Positions 10,901-21,344 of a DNA stretch of 64,000 nt are shown piece by piece; the first letter of the stretch is position 1; each line of letters opens with the position of its first letter. Both the position numbers and the translations under genes were made by a program. The notes under the pieces are model-generated. The model had not been told where the DNA came from. It saw nothing but the letters and a program-made list of their open reading frames with translations, and ran no database searches. The stretch is from positions 64,001 through 128,000 of the forward strand of contig JAVRCJ020000012.1 in NCBI GenBank assembly GCA_034530875.2. The letters run 5' to 3'. This DNA comes from Nostoc sp. DedSLP01. Its GTDB lineage: Bacteria > Cyanobacteriota > Cyanobacteriia > Cyanobacteriales > Nostocaceae.

Positions 10901-11960
10901 TGAAATGTTGGGCTGACCACATCCCTTTTCCGGTTTGCAAATCCATATCCCAAGTTGCCATACCCGCCCCTTCAATGGCTAAGTTTAAACGTTCGTTGGC
11001 AGCTTGCAACTCTGCTGTTCGCTCTTGAATTCGGGCTTCTAACTCTTGATTGGCTTGAGATAATGCCCTCGCCGCTGTCTGTTTTTGCAAATCAAGGCGA
11101 TGTAGCTGTTGCCCATTCCAGATGACGAGTCCTGCAAAAGTGATGATATCCAATATGACTAAGATAGAAGTCCCAAAGGCTGATTCAAACAGTCCAATCC
11201 GCGCTGTAGCAATTCGCAACCACCCCAGAATCGACGGAATAGCGATCGCTGCCGGTAGCAGCCGACGGGTAGTGATTCCACCTGCGCTATTTGCGGCGAT
11301 AATCCTCATCAACCCCTGGTCTGGATTAGCCAGCAAAATCCCAATGGCTAGGACGACAAAACAGACTGCCGAATGCACGGCCATCTGGGTGTAGGGGTGA
11401 AAAGCAATTATCGGTTGAACCTGATAAAGATAAGCAACAATGACTTGAAGGGCGATTAAGCTTGTGAGGATGGCTAATGTTTCCACCCAACGAGTTGGCT
11501 TTGAACTTGGCGATGGTCTTGCACTCAGCCATAAAGCACTGCCAACAAAAGTAAAACAGATGGCTGCTAGGGGTGACATTCGCCCTGGCGTTAACGTACC
11601 GACAGCTTGGGTATCATCAACAAAAAGTAATTCGTCAATGCCCAAATTCCATCCAAATAGGTATTCACTAAGGGTAGCTAAAGCGATCGCTACCACACCA
11701 AAGCTACAAATTTGACCAATCCAGCGTTTCTTAGAGGATTGAGGCTCGGCAAGGGCAAATAAAGAAGTTCCCGCCAGAACAAAGCCTAATGCAGTGTTTG
11801 GCTTCATCGTCACTAAATTTGGCAGCACGCTCTTGAGAACGCTGATATCTAGAATCCAGCCAATCAGAACAAGGCAGCCAACACTAGCAACAAACGCTGC
11901 TGCTACTTTAGCCATCCTTGTTACCGAGGACAGTGACCATAGCTGAGATTGATAATTCAC
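7971..11960 (-). CDS. Multi-PAS membrane histidine kinase (Cph1-type transmitter)
   Basis: About 8 N-terminal TM helices, about 6 PAS/PAC units, H-box AHDLRAPLR, FERLH, GTGIGL. Confidence 0.92.
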   Translation of the reverse strand: MNYQSQLWSLSSVTRMAKVAAAFVASVGCLVLIGWILDISVLKSVLPNLVTMKPNTALGFVLAGTSLFALAEPQSSKKRWIGQICSFGVVAIALATLSEYLFGWNLGIDELLFVDDTQAVGTLTPGRMSPLAAICFTFVGSALWLSARPSPSSKPTRWVETLAILTSLIALQVIVAYLYQVQPIIAFHPYTQMAVHSAVCFVVLAIGILLANPDQGLMRIIAANSAGGITTRRLLPAAIAIPSILGWLRIATARIGLFESAFGTSILVILDIITFAGLVIWNGQQLHRLDLQKQTAARALSQANQELEARIQERTAELQAANERLNLAIEGAGMATWDMDLQTGKGMWSAQHFNLMGYDLVSSGEATIKMWRNRIYPEDLEQVRQIEERAKRDRQILSFEYRIIDPNNDQLRWLKSIGRFFYNEVGEAVCCRGILFDITDSKVAQEERDRFFVLSLDMMCVAGIDGYFKQVNPAWEKVLGYTQAEILAQPFYSFVHPEDLERTRQEVERYAADNNASAIFENRYRCKDGSYKWLSWKSVAVSENDLIYAVARDVTVPKQAEDELAKQTKLVQRQADLLELTSEAIFVRDERGAITYWNRGAEAKYGWTPPEAMGHITHTFLQTQPPELASNLDRILLEQERWQGELTHTCKHGQQIIVDSRQVLIRDEQGNPCGFLEVNRDITERKQAEADLQKYKDIFQFAQHGLAISRGAVLERVNPAFARIHGYSVEELTGTQILDLFPPEIHTQTMEFIQQLNQVEHLTLESFHIRKDGSVFPVLLDITMVDDEPNLPYRIVNLVDISDRKQAEQEILNLNQELERQLAESQTLLEVIPIGIGIAEDPQCEKIRVNSAFAQMLAISPNANASLSAPEGDRPTNFQIYQNHRQLAPEDLPLQLAAAQGIEVRDFEIDVVWNDGTTLTLLEYAAPLFDERRQTRGSIGVFLDITERKRSEMALQNSLKDLADFKFALDRSSIVAITDTQGTITYVNDKFCELSQYSKEELIGQNHRIINSGYHPKEFFRQLWKTISNGEVWQGEIKNRAKDGTFYWVATTIVPFLDATGKPYQYIAVRSDITNRKTAEAELLQLNTTLEQRVEERTAQLREANKDLEAFSYTVAHDLRAPLRGIQGFAEALVDDYGERLDETAQEYIDYIVQGIERMNELISDLLAYSRLSREQIRLTPVRLTQILTEAQAQLEADIRDSQAEITVATDLPVVLGQRSVLVQMVVNLLSNAMKFVAPGIQPQIKIWFQTHENWVRLWVEDNGIGIQVAHQQQIFGVFERLHGIEAYPGTGIGLAIVRKGAERLGGQAGVESASGQGSRFWIELQGIE

Positions 11961-12480
11961 GGCGGCCTTTTAACCTTTGTAAAACTTTATTTTGTAGGGT
12001 TGAATTAGCAGCATTCAGTTAATTAAACTTTTAGAGTACTTGTCTAAAGATGCATAGAGCTTAAGTTTCTTATTAACAGGTGATTTTTCAAAACCTTTAG
12101 CTATTGAAATCATGTCAGATTTCAAACAACAGTATTTTAACTTTAATTTAGTCTGTATTAACTCGTATAAATATACTGTAATACACTGAGAGAACATCCG
12201 CGAGAAATTTTAGAAACAGCGATCGCTACAATTGCTATTGCTTAGTTTTTCCGGTTTTATTTCTAATTCTACTTTCTCTTAAGTAATACAAGAACAACGA
12301 AAGATTTTAGTTATCTTTGGAAATTGACTTTCCAAAATTGGCAAACTATTTTCCTAAGTTAACGATGTGCGACTAATCAAATTTAGCTATTGTAAAACCG
12401 TGCAGTCAAAGCGAACACCTAAAACGCCAGCACTGCACGGACTCAACTTATCTCCACTAACTAAAAAAGGAGAAAAACTT

Positions 12481-12867
12481 ATGTCGAATATTGACAATCT
12501 CACTTTTACGTCTGACTATTCAGCTTTTGGTGACCAACAATTCTTCACCGAATTAACTCTCGAAGAAGGAGCCGTAATCGAAGGTGGCCTCCTGTTTAAT
12601 CTCGGAAATAAATCGGGTATTGGGGTCAACTATAATATTAACGGCATCAAGGGCTTTTTGAATCCGGATGAGGAAAAGACATATTCCTTCTTCTTCAGAC
12701 CAACTGTTAAGTTCGACTCAAAGATTGGTGCTGGCTTTGTTTTAAGGACAGTCAGACTATCTCCAGGTAACAATAATTTCGATCGCATCGGCAGTACTTT
12801 AATCTTAGGTACTGGTGATGATAATAATCCTACACCTAACATAGTACCGAATTCTGCTCAAGTTTGA
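12481..12867 (+). CDS. Small protein with double-glycine-type leader (secreted or bacteriocin-like precursor)
   Basis: AGGAG SD before ATG at 12481; leader ends FTELTLEEGAVIEGG. Confidence 0.7.
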   Translation: MSNIDNLTFTSDYSAFGDQQFFTELTLEEGAVIEGGLLFNLGNKSGIGVNYNINGIKGFLNPDEEKTYSFFFRPTVKFDSKIGAGFVLRTVRLSPGNNNFDRIGSTLILGTGDDNNPTPNIVPNSAQV

Positions 12868-13046
12868 CGGAAGAATAGACTTTTAACCTTCTTTTTTGCG
12901 ACTGAAATTATGACCGCAAGCGTAGACGCTGCATCGGCTTGTCCCAGACATCGCTCTATTCGTCTATCCAGAGTAGAAGCTCAAGGTCATTTGTGTGATT
13001 GGTTTTAAATATTAACCAGTGCTACAAAACATCGCTTGCGCGACCA

Positions 13047-13092
13047 TTCGCGAAAAAAGCCCACCAGTATATCTGCGGGCTTTTTTTGCGAA
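13047..13092. terminator. Probable bidirectional intrinsic terminator
   Basis: ttcgcgaaaaaagccc ... gggctttttttgcgaa hairpin between convergent genes. Confidence 0.7.
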
Positions 13093-13145
13093 CGCAATAG
13101 CTTGGTCTTTTTTCGAGGTAATGAGATATTTCTCAACTCACAAAC

Positions 13146-13544
13146 TTAGTAAGACGTGTATCGAGCAAATGATGTAAGTTGCGACTCAACACCACTGAGA
13201 TAGGCTGAATTATTCAAAGCTTCAGGTGATACTTTGTTAGCCTTGATAGCAGCTTTAACTACATCTAAGGTGGATAGATTTCCTGTTTGGTATTGAGTTA
13301 TCAAAGCACTTCCACTGGGAATACCTTGGTCTTCCAAACCACCTTGATAAGCCAGAAACGCAGCATTAAAAGGTTTGAGATAACTAGTTTTCGTCAAATG
13401 GTTTGGTAAATTTTTGGAATTGATAGCTGTATTGATTGGTTGATTGTTGTCGTTATTCGTTGCTGTTTGAGCGCCAGCTATTCCATGTATGAAAGCAATA
13501 GAAGCTACAATAAATGCAGAATTGATGAGAGTAACGAGTTTCAT
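13146..13544 (-). CDS. Hypothetical secreted protein
   Basis: Signal-peptide-like MKLVTLINSAF...IAGAQ; start placed at ATG 13544 rather than the upstream TTG. Confidence 0.7.
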   Translation of the reverse strand: MKLVTLINSAFIVASIAFIHGIAGAQTATNNDNNQPINTAINSKNLPNHLTKTSYLKPFNAAFLAYQGGLEDQGIPSGSALITQYQTGNLSTLDVVKAAIKANKVSPEALNNSAYLSGVESQLTSFARYTSY

Positions 13545-13812
13545 AGATTTTCCCAAGCAAGAATAAAATTTATTTAGCCTTCTTTAGTAATAGGATCTTC
13601 TATTTTCTCTGTCTCAACCTCATGCTATTAGCTCACCATAACGGGTGATTTCGGCCTCATCCATTCGGATGAGTTAACTTGCTTCACACTATAATGAATT
13701 CTCACAAATACTTACAATACTCTACAAATCATTCTTGAGAGTGAAAGCTGAATAGTTCTAACTATGCTATGAACCTAAAAGCAGTTAACAAGGTATTGCA
13801 AGGTTTAGGCTT

Positions 13813-14937
13813 ATGATATTCATGCCTCATAATTTATTACTTGTATGGCTGGTTCAACTGCTTTCTGTTGGGGTACTTGGCGGGGGAATTTACATTCTCT
13901 ATGAATGGTACGAAGGAGAACTTGTAGGAAAATCTTACTTGGTGGCTGGACTAGTAATGGTTCTGTGGTCTTTTGGCGGTCGTTTTATTAGTTTGCCACT
14001 GCTGCGCCGTCCTGGAGATGAGGAACCCAAGTTTATGCGCAGCAAAACCGTGCAGCGTTTGCCACGACCGGATGGAAGCGTGTTGCAAGTAGAGTTTTTT
14101 GGCCCTGAGGACGGTCAACCGATTATTTTGTCGCACGGTTGGGGGCCGAACAGTACTATATGGTATTATGCCAAGCGACAATTAAGCGATCGCTTCCGCA
14201 TAATTGTTTGGGATCTACCAGGACTAGGAAAATCCTCGAAACCGAAAAACAACGACCATTCTATAGAAAAATATGCCCGTGATTTGGAAGCTGTAATTGC
14301 TATAGCAGGGGATAAACCTGCGATCTTGGTAGGACACAGCATGGGTGGAATGATTAATCTGACATTCTGTCGCTTGTTTCCAGAACAATTAGGGAGTCGG
14401 GTGGCTGGCTTAATTCTTGTAGACACTACTTATACAAATCCGGTAAAAACTTGTATATTTAGCGGTCTAGTACGTAAATTGCAAAAACCCCTACTCGAAC
14501 CGATTTTGTACCTGACTATCGTGCTGTGGCCGATTTTTTGGTTGATGACTTGGCTTTCATATTTAAATGGTTCGCTGTACATCACCGTCGAACTCTCTGG
14601 ATTTACGGGTAAAGAAACACGCGGTCAACTAAGTTTTGCAGGTTTATTATCAGCATTGGGTTCGCCTGGGGTTCTGGCTCGTGGGACGCTGGGAATGTTC
14701 AAATTTGATGAAACACAGACGCTGGCAAGCATTAACGTACCTGTGTTGGTTATTTGTGGTGCTTCAGATATAGCGACTAAACCTGTGGCAAGCGATCGCA
14801 TGAAAGCAGAATTGCCTTATTCTCAAAGAGTCACCATCAAACCAGGCGGACACATGGCATTGATGGAACAAAACCAACAGTTTGCCACAGCTGTAAGTGC
14901 GTTTTGTGCTGGCTACTCGTCAATAATGTTGAGTTAA
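13813..14937 (+). CDS. Membrane-anchored alpha/beta hydrolase
   Basis: Two N-terminal TM helices; SHGWG, WDLPGLGKS, nucleophile GHSMGG, GGH. Confidence 0.88.
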   Translation: MIFMPHNLLLVWLVQLLSVGVLGGGIYILYEWYEGELVGKSYLVAGLVMVLWSFGGRFISLPLLRRPGDEEPKFMRSKTVQRLPRPDGSVLQVEFFGPEDGQPIILSHGWGPNSTIWYYAKRQLSDRFRIIVWDLPGLGKSSKPKNNDHSIEKYARDLEAVIAIAGDKPAILVGHSMGGMINLTFCRLFPEQLGSRVAGLILVDTTYTNPVKTCIFSGLVRKLQKPLLEPILYLTIVLWPIFWLMTWLSYLNGSLYITVELSGFTGKETRGQLSFAGLLSALGSPGVLARGTLGMFKFDETQTLASINVPVLVICGASDIATKPVASDRMKAELPYSQRVTIKPGGHMALMEQNQQFATAVSAFCAGYSSIMLS

Positions 14938-14975
14938 GAGAATTACCGTTGCTCAATTACGGTATGAATCTAGAT

Positions 14976-15002
14976 GTAGAGACGTTGCATTGCAACGTCT
15001 CT
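14976..15002. repeat. REP-like palindrome
   Basis: gtagagacgttgcattgcaacgtctct; second copy at 52646-52676. Confidence 0.75.
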
Positions 15003-15243
15003 GAAATCATGTGTTTATTTAAACTTCTTGCAGAAGTAGGGAAAAGGGAAAAGGTTTGGTATTTTCCTTTCCCCCTTTCCCTTTTCCCACAAGAGTGCAA
15101 AAAACACTTTTGTACTCTTACTCCATGAGTTGCACTCACAAGGAACAATCAAAATTTATTTTCCCTATTCCCTAATCCCCATTCCCTACTCCCTATTTTC
15201 AAGGCAGGTCTAGTTAACGGGTGTCTTGTTTTTAGCCAACAAT

Positions 15244-16854
15244 TCATGAGGCAGCGCGTTGCGTGGGTTCCTCCCGTTGTAGCGACTGCCGTTTCACCGC
15301 CAAGGAAAGCGGCTGTGGCGGGAGCATTCTTGTTGTTTTTAGTAACCTTTCCTTAACTCCAAAGTAGAGGTCGCTCAATTCTTCTATAGAAACATCGGTG
15401 TAGGATTGTGGACTCAGGAAGAACGGATGGATAGGAAGAAGTTCAGTGCGAGGGCGAGTGTCTGGTGAAGACAGAATCTCCTTGAGCAAACTCAGGTAGT
15501 TTTCAGCAGTAGATTCCCAAGTGTAGTTTTTCAGTACCCTTTGCTGACCAGCCTGGGCAAAATACTCCCACTCGTCAGGATTACATAACAATCGCTCCAA
15601 GCCCCGTGCAATATCAGCCGGATCTTCTGGGTCAACAAGTACGCCATATTCTTTATTTCCCTGCCGGAAGCTCTCGCTAGGGCCGCCGTTTTTGGTTGCT
15701 ACCACCGGCAAACCTGCGACTGCTGCTTCTAAGGGAGCCAGCCCAAAGGGTTCGTAAAGTGCCGTCAGTGCGAACACCGAGCGCCGTTTAACCATAAACC
15801 GATATGCTGCGCCCAATGACTGTTGAGATTGATCTGACAAGCCAAATGCAGAGATTTTTCCCCACAAGTTGTTTTCTTTGACGACTTCCCGAATCGGAGC
15901 TAATACTTCTTCAGTGATGCTGTCGCTAGCCTCTTGGCGCAAAGGATCGTCTAGTCCCCCTGTGAGTAACACTAAGTTCGCTCTCTCCTGGAGTGTTGGA
16001 CTCATAGCGAAGGCTCGCACCAACCCTAATATATTTTTTTTCGGTTCTAATCGACTGGATGCTAAGATGGCGGGCAAATCTCGACGCGATTCAGCAATAT
16101 CTCGTGCTAGTCGTTCCTGAACGAACTCTTGGGTGGCCTCTTCGTTTTCAGAACGCACATTTGCACCGAAAATCGAGAAATCTGCTCCCGGCGGAATCAC
16201 CACAAAGCGGTTGTCATCGTATACATCCACTCCACCGTTATATACTCGATGAGAATACTGTTCAAAGCGTTCCTGCCGCGTACTGGTGATATTCATAGCA
16301 GAGCGATTCATACTCAAGCGTTCCGCTAAGATGCGATATTTGAAGTGGAATTGCTCGTCTATTTCTGGAATGTTCTCCCGCGTGACCTCCAGTTTGTCCA
16401 TCTTTTGAGCGCCAAGAGAATGAGCTGTGAAGGTAAAAGGTATGCCTGTCTGTTGCTCGATTAAAACAGCGCACAGTCCTCCATCACCGTAGTGGGCAGT
16501 CATCGTATCGGGCAAGTCACCCTCTTGTCGATAAAATTTTAGGATGTTGGGTACCCAATCATTAATCAGATGAGGCCACAACAATTCTTTTGGCAAAAAT
16601 TCTTTTGGCCCGGCTGGTAAGCGGATAATGCGGACGTTATCGACCCCTGGATAAGTTTCAATTACCTGGGCAAACTCTGGCCACTCTGGGTCAATGATTT
16701 GACGGGTGAGAATATCAACTTTGTGTCCTTTTTCAGCTAAGGCTATGGCAACTTGCTTAACATAGATTAGCTGACCCCCAAAATCTGGGTGTTTTGTTAT
16801 ATGACTATTGCTTGAATCAAAATTGCCTTGAGGGTTGAGAAATCCAATGTGCAT
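15244..16854 (-). CDS. Sucrose-phosphate synthase-like GT4 glycosyltransferase (no phosphatase domain)
   Basis: FLNPQGNFD...HPDFGGQLIYV, HYGDG, TAHSLG, SRLEPKKN, YEPFGLAPLEA. Confidence 0.8.
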   Translation of the reverse strand: MHIGFLNPQGNFDSSNSHITKHPDFGGQLIYVKQVAIALAEKGHKVDILTRQIIDPEWPEFAQVIETYPGVDNVRIIRLPAGPKEFLPKELLWPHLINDWVPNILKFYRQEGDLPDTMTAHYGDGGLCAVLIEQQTGIPFTFTAHSLGAQKMDKLEVTRENIPEIDEQFHFKYRILAERLSMNRSAMNITSTRQERFEQYSHRVYNGGVDVYDDNRFVVIPPGADFSIFGANVRSENEEATQEFVQERLARDIAESRRDLPAILASSRLEPKKNILGLVRAFAMSPTLQERANLVLLTGGLDDPLRQEASDSITEEVLAPIREVVKENNLWGKISAFGLSDQSQQSLGAAYRFMVKRRSVFALTALYEPFGLAPLEAAVAGLPVVATKNGGPSESFRQGNKEYGVLVDPEDPADIARGLERLLCNPDEWEYFAQAGQQRVLKNYTWESTAENYLSLLKEILSSPDTRPRTELLPIHPFFLSPQSYTDVSIEELSDLYFGVKERLLKTTRMLPPQPLSLAVKRQSLQREEPTQRAAS

Positions 16855-17029
16855 AGCCCACTTCCTTATAGAGGGTGATTTCCACTAGAAATTGTTGCCT
16901 AAAACCGCAGCAGAAGACCTTAGCGAGCTTATTAAAAACTCCCAAGACTAAAAAGACAAGCACTGAGGTTGTAAATAAATCCCATCAAAAAGCGAGCTAA
17001 AGGGCTTCTATATGCTTCCCCTTAACTTT

Positions 17030-17173
17030 TGACTTTTCACCGGACTCGAAAACCTCTTTCCTAACCTCTCTCTTCTAAAGAAGAGAAGCTTTGAATTCTC
17101 TCCCTTCTCAGCTAGAGAAGGGGGCTGGGGGGGTTAGGTTTGGCGTTAGCTTTTCCACATAAGGTGAAAAATC
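17030..17173. repeat. MITE-like element with internal hairpins
   Basis: Inverted ends tgacttttcacc / ggtgaaaaatca. Confidence 0.55.
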
Positions 17174-17532
17174 AATTAAGCTTTAACCCAGCCAATTCTC
17201 TTATTTTCCTGATATTTAATTTAATCATTCTTGCCACTGATGCACATGTACCGGACGATATAAACCGCGTAGCAATCCCGAACTTAGGAGTTTCTCAAAG
17301 TTCTATTTCTTTTCGCCTAGTTCTCGTAGCTTCAGTTTTATCGACACCTTTTTCTATCCAAAATCTTATTGCAATATATTTTTTAGGTTGTTTAACAGTT
17401 AGGGCGATGTAGTAATAAGAAGAAAATATTGTATTTTCTGTAGCCCATAAACTCTTGGGTTAAGATTTGCTGCACTTGTATCTCGCATTCTTGGCTCTCC
17501 AAATTCCGGTAGGTATACTATACCAAGAGGTA

Positions 17533-17648
17533 TATAGGAATCCGGTTTGATTACTGAAATTATTTGTGTAGGTAGGGAGTAGGGAGTGGGAAAGAAGCCT
17601 TGTTTGGGTGTACTGATTTTTTTCACCAAATCAAATATGATTCCTATA
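17533..17648 (+). mobile_element. TA-ended MITE family with STRR core, copy 1 of 4
   Basis: Inverted ends tataggaatc / gattcctata; homologous to 39145-39275, 54074-54205 and 58739-58869. Confidence 0.8.
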
Positions 17649-17833
17649 GTTGCAGAATTAGGTTGCAAAAGGCAGCGTCTAGTAGAGTGTAGTTTTGATA
17701 TACTAAGTACTGAATCATCAAAATTATTCAATTAGTAAATGTTCAAATAAAACTAGCTTTATTGTACGCAAAGTTAATCTAAAAATCAGAATTGATATTG
17801 AGTAAAAAACTTTATATTGCCTGAAATGACAAC

Positions 17834-19834
17834 ATGTTAAACATTGCTGAAACTCTATTTAGACGCAAAATTATCAGAACTATTGGCTTACCAATTTTAT
17901 TATTGTTGTCATTGTCAGGAATTTCAATTTGGCAAATCTATCGCCTGCTTTCGGTGATGAGTTGGGTAGAGCATACCGACCAAGTGATTGCTCAAGCTTA
18001 TTTGACTCAAAAATTATTACTAGATTTGGAAACTGGAGTCCGTGGTTATCAACTTACAGGAAATTGGGAATTTCTTCAGCCTTATCGACAATCTAGCTCT
18101 CAAATTAATACTGCTTTTGATAAACTAGCCAATTTAGTTGTAGATAATCCTATACAAACTCAACGTTTAAAGGTAATTCGATTCCACGAGACAAATTGGA
18201 ATAATTTAATTTCCCAAGCCCTCGCCCGTAAAGAACGTGGGGAAGTAGAACCCATCGGAGGGTTTAAAATTCGCAAACGCATTATGGACGAAATGCGAAC
18301 CGAAATTGCTAAATTGATCGATACTGAAGAGCAACTACGCACTCAGCGTACTCAAGCAGTGCAAGCAACAACAATGCAAGTTATTGCCATCAGTATCATT
18401 TTAGCAATAGTATTTGGTATTTTTTTAGCTTACTTTATTAGCCGACAAGTTTTTCAAGTATCTCAAACTTATCAAAGTGCATTGATAACCGCACAACAGG
18501 AAGCAGAAAATGCCCAACAGCAAGCACAACAGGCTCAACGTGCTGCTCAACGACTTGCTGCTTTGCATAATATCGATCGCGCAATTTTAAGAAGTGAATC
18601 CATTGAATCTCTTATTAGTAATGCTCTAACTGAAATGCGTCAAATTTTACCTTACCAGCAAGCATTTGTAGCTGTGTTTGATTTTGAAACATCAACCAGC
18701 AAAATTATCGCTGGTAGCATTAATAACGGAGAATTACAACCGCCGATTGGCACTCAAATGTCATTCACTGAGTTTGCGACTAACACAACTGAGTTAGAAA
18801 ACATTCGTTATACACCCGATCTGGCAATAGCACAATCTTATCCGCCGATTCTGGCACAACTGCATTCTCAAGGAATGCGCTGTAGTCTTGCTATCCCTAT
18901 GTTTGCCGAAGAAACGCTATTTGGAGAACTTAACTTATCTACAACTGTTGCTGATGCTTTTAATCAGGAAGCCCACAATATTGCTTTTGAAGTTACGGCT
19001 CAGTTAGCGATCGCTATTCAACAATCTCTGCTACGCGAACAACTCCAAAGTTACGCCAATGAATTAGAAGAGCGTGTTGTCGAACGCACTGCACAACTGC
19101 AAGAAACAAACCAAGAGTTAGAAGCTTTTACTTATACTATATCGCACGATTTACGCGCACCATTACGTACTATGCAAGGCTTTGCTCAAGCATTAGAAGA
19201 AGACTACACAGACAAATTCGACTCAGTTGGGCAACAATACATTCAATTTATTACAGAGGGTGCAATCCAAATGGACACCCTCATTGCCGATCTTTTGGCA
19301 TACAGTCGTCTCAGTCGCGCCCAAATTCAAATGCAAAAAGTTGATTTAACTAGTGTTGTTGAAGAAGCTTTAAAACAACTAACTGCGCAACTACAGGAAC
19401 AGCAAGCTCAAGTCACAGTCAAAAAACCTTTACCCTTGGTAATGGCTCACCGTCCTACTCTCGTCCAGGTACTAATCAATTTACTCAACAATGCAATTAA
19501 ATTTGTGCGGTCTGGAATACAGCCAAAAATCCAAATCTATGCCCAGGAGCACCAGAATTCGATACAATTATCGATCGTAGACAACGGCATCGGCATTGCG
19601 CCACAACATCAAGAGCGCATATTTCGTGTCTTTGAACGACTGCATGGCGTTGAAATCTATCCAGGTACTGGTATTGGTTTAGCCATCGTCCGCAAAGGAC
19701 TAGAACGAATGAACGGTCGAGCCGGAGTAGAATCGCAACTAGGTGCTGGTAGTCGCTTTTGGATTGCTTTGCCAAAAGCCGTTCTTCATAGTAACGATAG
19801 TGATGACGCAAGTACTCCGGATTTTGATAATTGA
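17834..19834 (+). CDS. CHASE3-GAF histidine kinase
   Basis: WVEHT...DLETGVRGYQLTG (CHASE3), GAF, SHDLRAPLR, FERLH, GTGIGL. Confidence 0.92.
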   Translation: MLNIAETLFRRKIIRTIGLPILLLLSLSGISIWQIYRLLSVMSWVEHTDQVIAQAYLTQKLLLDLETGVRGYQLTGNWEFLQPYRQSSSQINTAFDKLANLVVDNPIQTQRLKVIRFHETNWNNLISQALARKERGEVEPIGGFKIRKRIMDEMRTEIAKLIDTEEQLRTQRTQAVQATTMQVIAISIILAIVFGIFLAYFISRQVFQVSQTYQSALITAQQEAENAQQQAQQAQRAAQRLAALHNIDRAILRSESIESLISNALTEMRQILPYQQAFVAVFDFETSTSKIIAGSINNGELQPPIGTQMSFTEFATNTTELENIRYTPDLAIAQSYPPILAQLHSQGMRCSLAIPMFAEETLFGELNLSTTVADAFNQEAHNIAFEVTAQLAIAIQQSLLREQLQSYANELEERVVERTAQLQETNQELEAFTYTISHDLRAPLRTMQGFAQALEEDYTDKFDSVGQQYIQFITEGAIQMDTLIADLLAYSRLSRAQIQMQKVDLTSVVEEALKQLTAQLQEQQAQVTVKKPLPLVMAHRPTLVQVLINLLNNAIKFVRSGIQPKIQIYAQEHQNSIQLSIVDNGIGIAPQHQERIFRVFERLHGVEIYPGTGIGLAIVRKGLERMNGRAGVESQLGAGSRFWIALPKAVLHSNDSDDASTPDFDN

Positions 19835-21344
19835 TGATAACCCAGGCGATCGCGCTTTAGTTATCCGAGAACTAAGGCGAGAATTTCCGCAACTTCAAGC
19901 TCAAGAAATTCGCGAAGCTGCTAGCTTTGCTAGAGCAGTAGTAGCAGATGAATTCGATTTAGTTATTACCGATTATCAACTTGGCTGGAGTACTGGACTA
20001 GAAGTTTTACATACCATTAAGCAGCAGTATCCCAACTGTCCAGTGATTATGTTCACTAACACGGGTAGCGAAGAAATTGCTGTAGAGGCAATGAAATCTG
20101 GGTTAGATGATTATGTCCTTAAATTACCCAACCGCTACATTCGCGTAGCCACTGCTGTGCGATTTGCACTAGAACGAAGACAAATCAAACAACGAGCTAC
20201 CTTACTCGAAATTCGTCTCCAAGGATTACTTAATCAATTAAAATTAGGTATATTTCGTACTTATCCAAATGGCAATTTTATTGAGTCTAACCCAGCATTT
20301 CTAGAATTATTGGGACTTGATTCATTATCACAAGCTTCAACAACAAATCTATTAAATATCCCTGCATACTACTCAAGACTCCAACAACTGCCGCCACCCC
20401 AACACCAAGAAGAAGAGATTCAATTACAACGAGCAGATGGAAGGCTCATTTGGCTAGAATTAAGCATCGCTCTCAATACAGTTGAGGAACAACAAGTACT
20501 AGATGGCTTAATAGAAGATATTACGTTACGCAAACAGGCTGAAATTGAAGTTCAGCAACTCAATCTCACTTTAGAAGAGCGAGTCACGGAGCGTACTGCT
20601 GAATTAGAAATAGCAAATCGAGATTTAGCACAAACAAATCAGCTTTTAGCGATGGCTAATCAAGATTTAGAAGCATTTACTTATTCAATTTCCCACGATT
20701 TGCGAGAACCACTACGAGCTATTCAAGGATTTGGTTCCATCCTCCTAGAGAACCAAAATACTCAATCCGATTTACAGAACCAACAAAATTATTTGCAACG
20801 CATTATTGCAAGCGCACAGCAAGCAGACAGGCTTGTTCAAGATTTATTGGAATACAGTCACCTCAGCCGTACTGAAGTACCATTACGAGCTATTAACTTA
20901 TCTTTATTGATGAGACAAATACTCAAACAGCTAGAACTAGAATTAACACAGCGACAGGCAAGAGTGCAAATTGAAGAACCTTTAGCTGAAGTGATGGGAA
21001 ATCCTACAATTTTAATTCAAGTAATTAGCAATTTGTTAACAAATGCGATTAAATTTGTTGCTCAAGGAGTCCAACCTGAGTTACGAATATGGACACAGAA
21101 GCATAATAAATTCATTCGCTTATGGGTACAAGACAACGGCATTGGTATAGAGGAAAGATATCAAAAACGCATTTTCAATGTTTTTGAGCGTCTACACAGC
21201 TATGAAACTTATCCTGGCAGCGGTATTGGCTTAGCAATTGTCCGCAAAGGAGTCGAACGTATGGGTGGGGAGGTTGGTGTAGAATCGCAACTTGGGCAGG
21301 GAAGCCGATTTTGGATAGATTTACCTGTAGTTAATGATTTGTAA
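19803..21344 (+). CDS. REC-PAS histidine kinase
   Basis: Probable start MTQVLRILIIDD at 19803; SHDLREPLR; GSGIGL. Confidence 0.9.
   Translation: MTQVLRILIIDDNPGDRALVIRELRREFPQLQAQEIREAASFARAVVADEFDLVITDYQLGWSTGLEVLHTIKQQYPNCPVIMFTNTGSEEIAVEAMKSGLDDYVLKLPNRYIRVATAVRFALERRQIKQRATLLEIRLQGLLNQLKLGIFRTYPNGNFIESNPAFLELLGLDSLSQASTTNLLNIPAYYSRLQQLPPPQHQEEEIQLQRADGRLIWLELSIALNTVEEQQVLDGLIEDITLRKQAEIEVQQLNLTLEERVTERTAELEIANRDLAQTNQLLAMANQDLEAFTYSISHDLREPLRAIQGFGSILLENQNTQSDLQNQQNYLQRIIASAQQADRLVQDLLEYSHLSRTEVPLRAINLSLLMRQILKQLELELTQRQARVQIEEPLAEVMGNPTILIQVISNLLTNAIKFVAQGVQPELRIWTQKHNKFIRLWVQDNGIGIEERYQKRIFNVFERLHSYETYPGSGIGLAIVRKGVERMGGEVGVESQLGQGSRFWIDLPVVNDL

Noticed and set aside
12367..12480. Upstream extension of the leader-peptide ORF
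   Set aside because: A strong SD sits before ATG 12481
17140..17731. Two ORFs of 90 and 110 aa
   Set aside because: They run through MITE/STRR sequence and show no recognisable motifs
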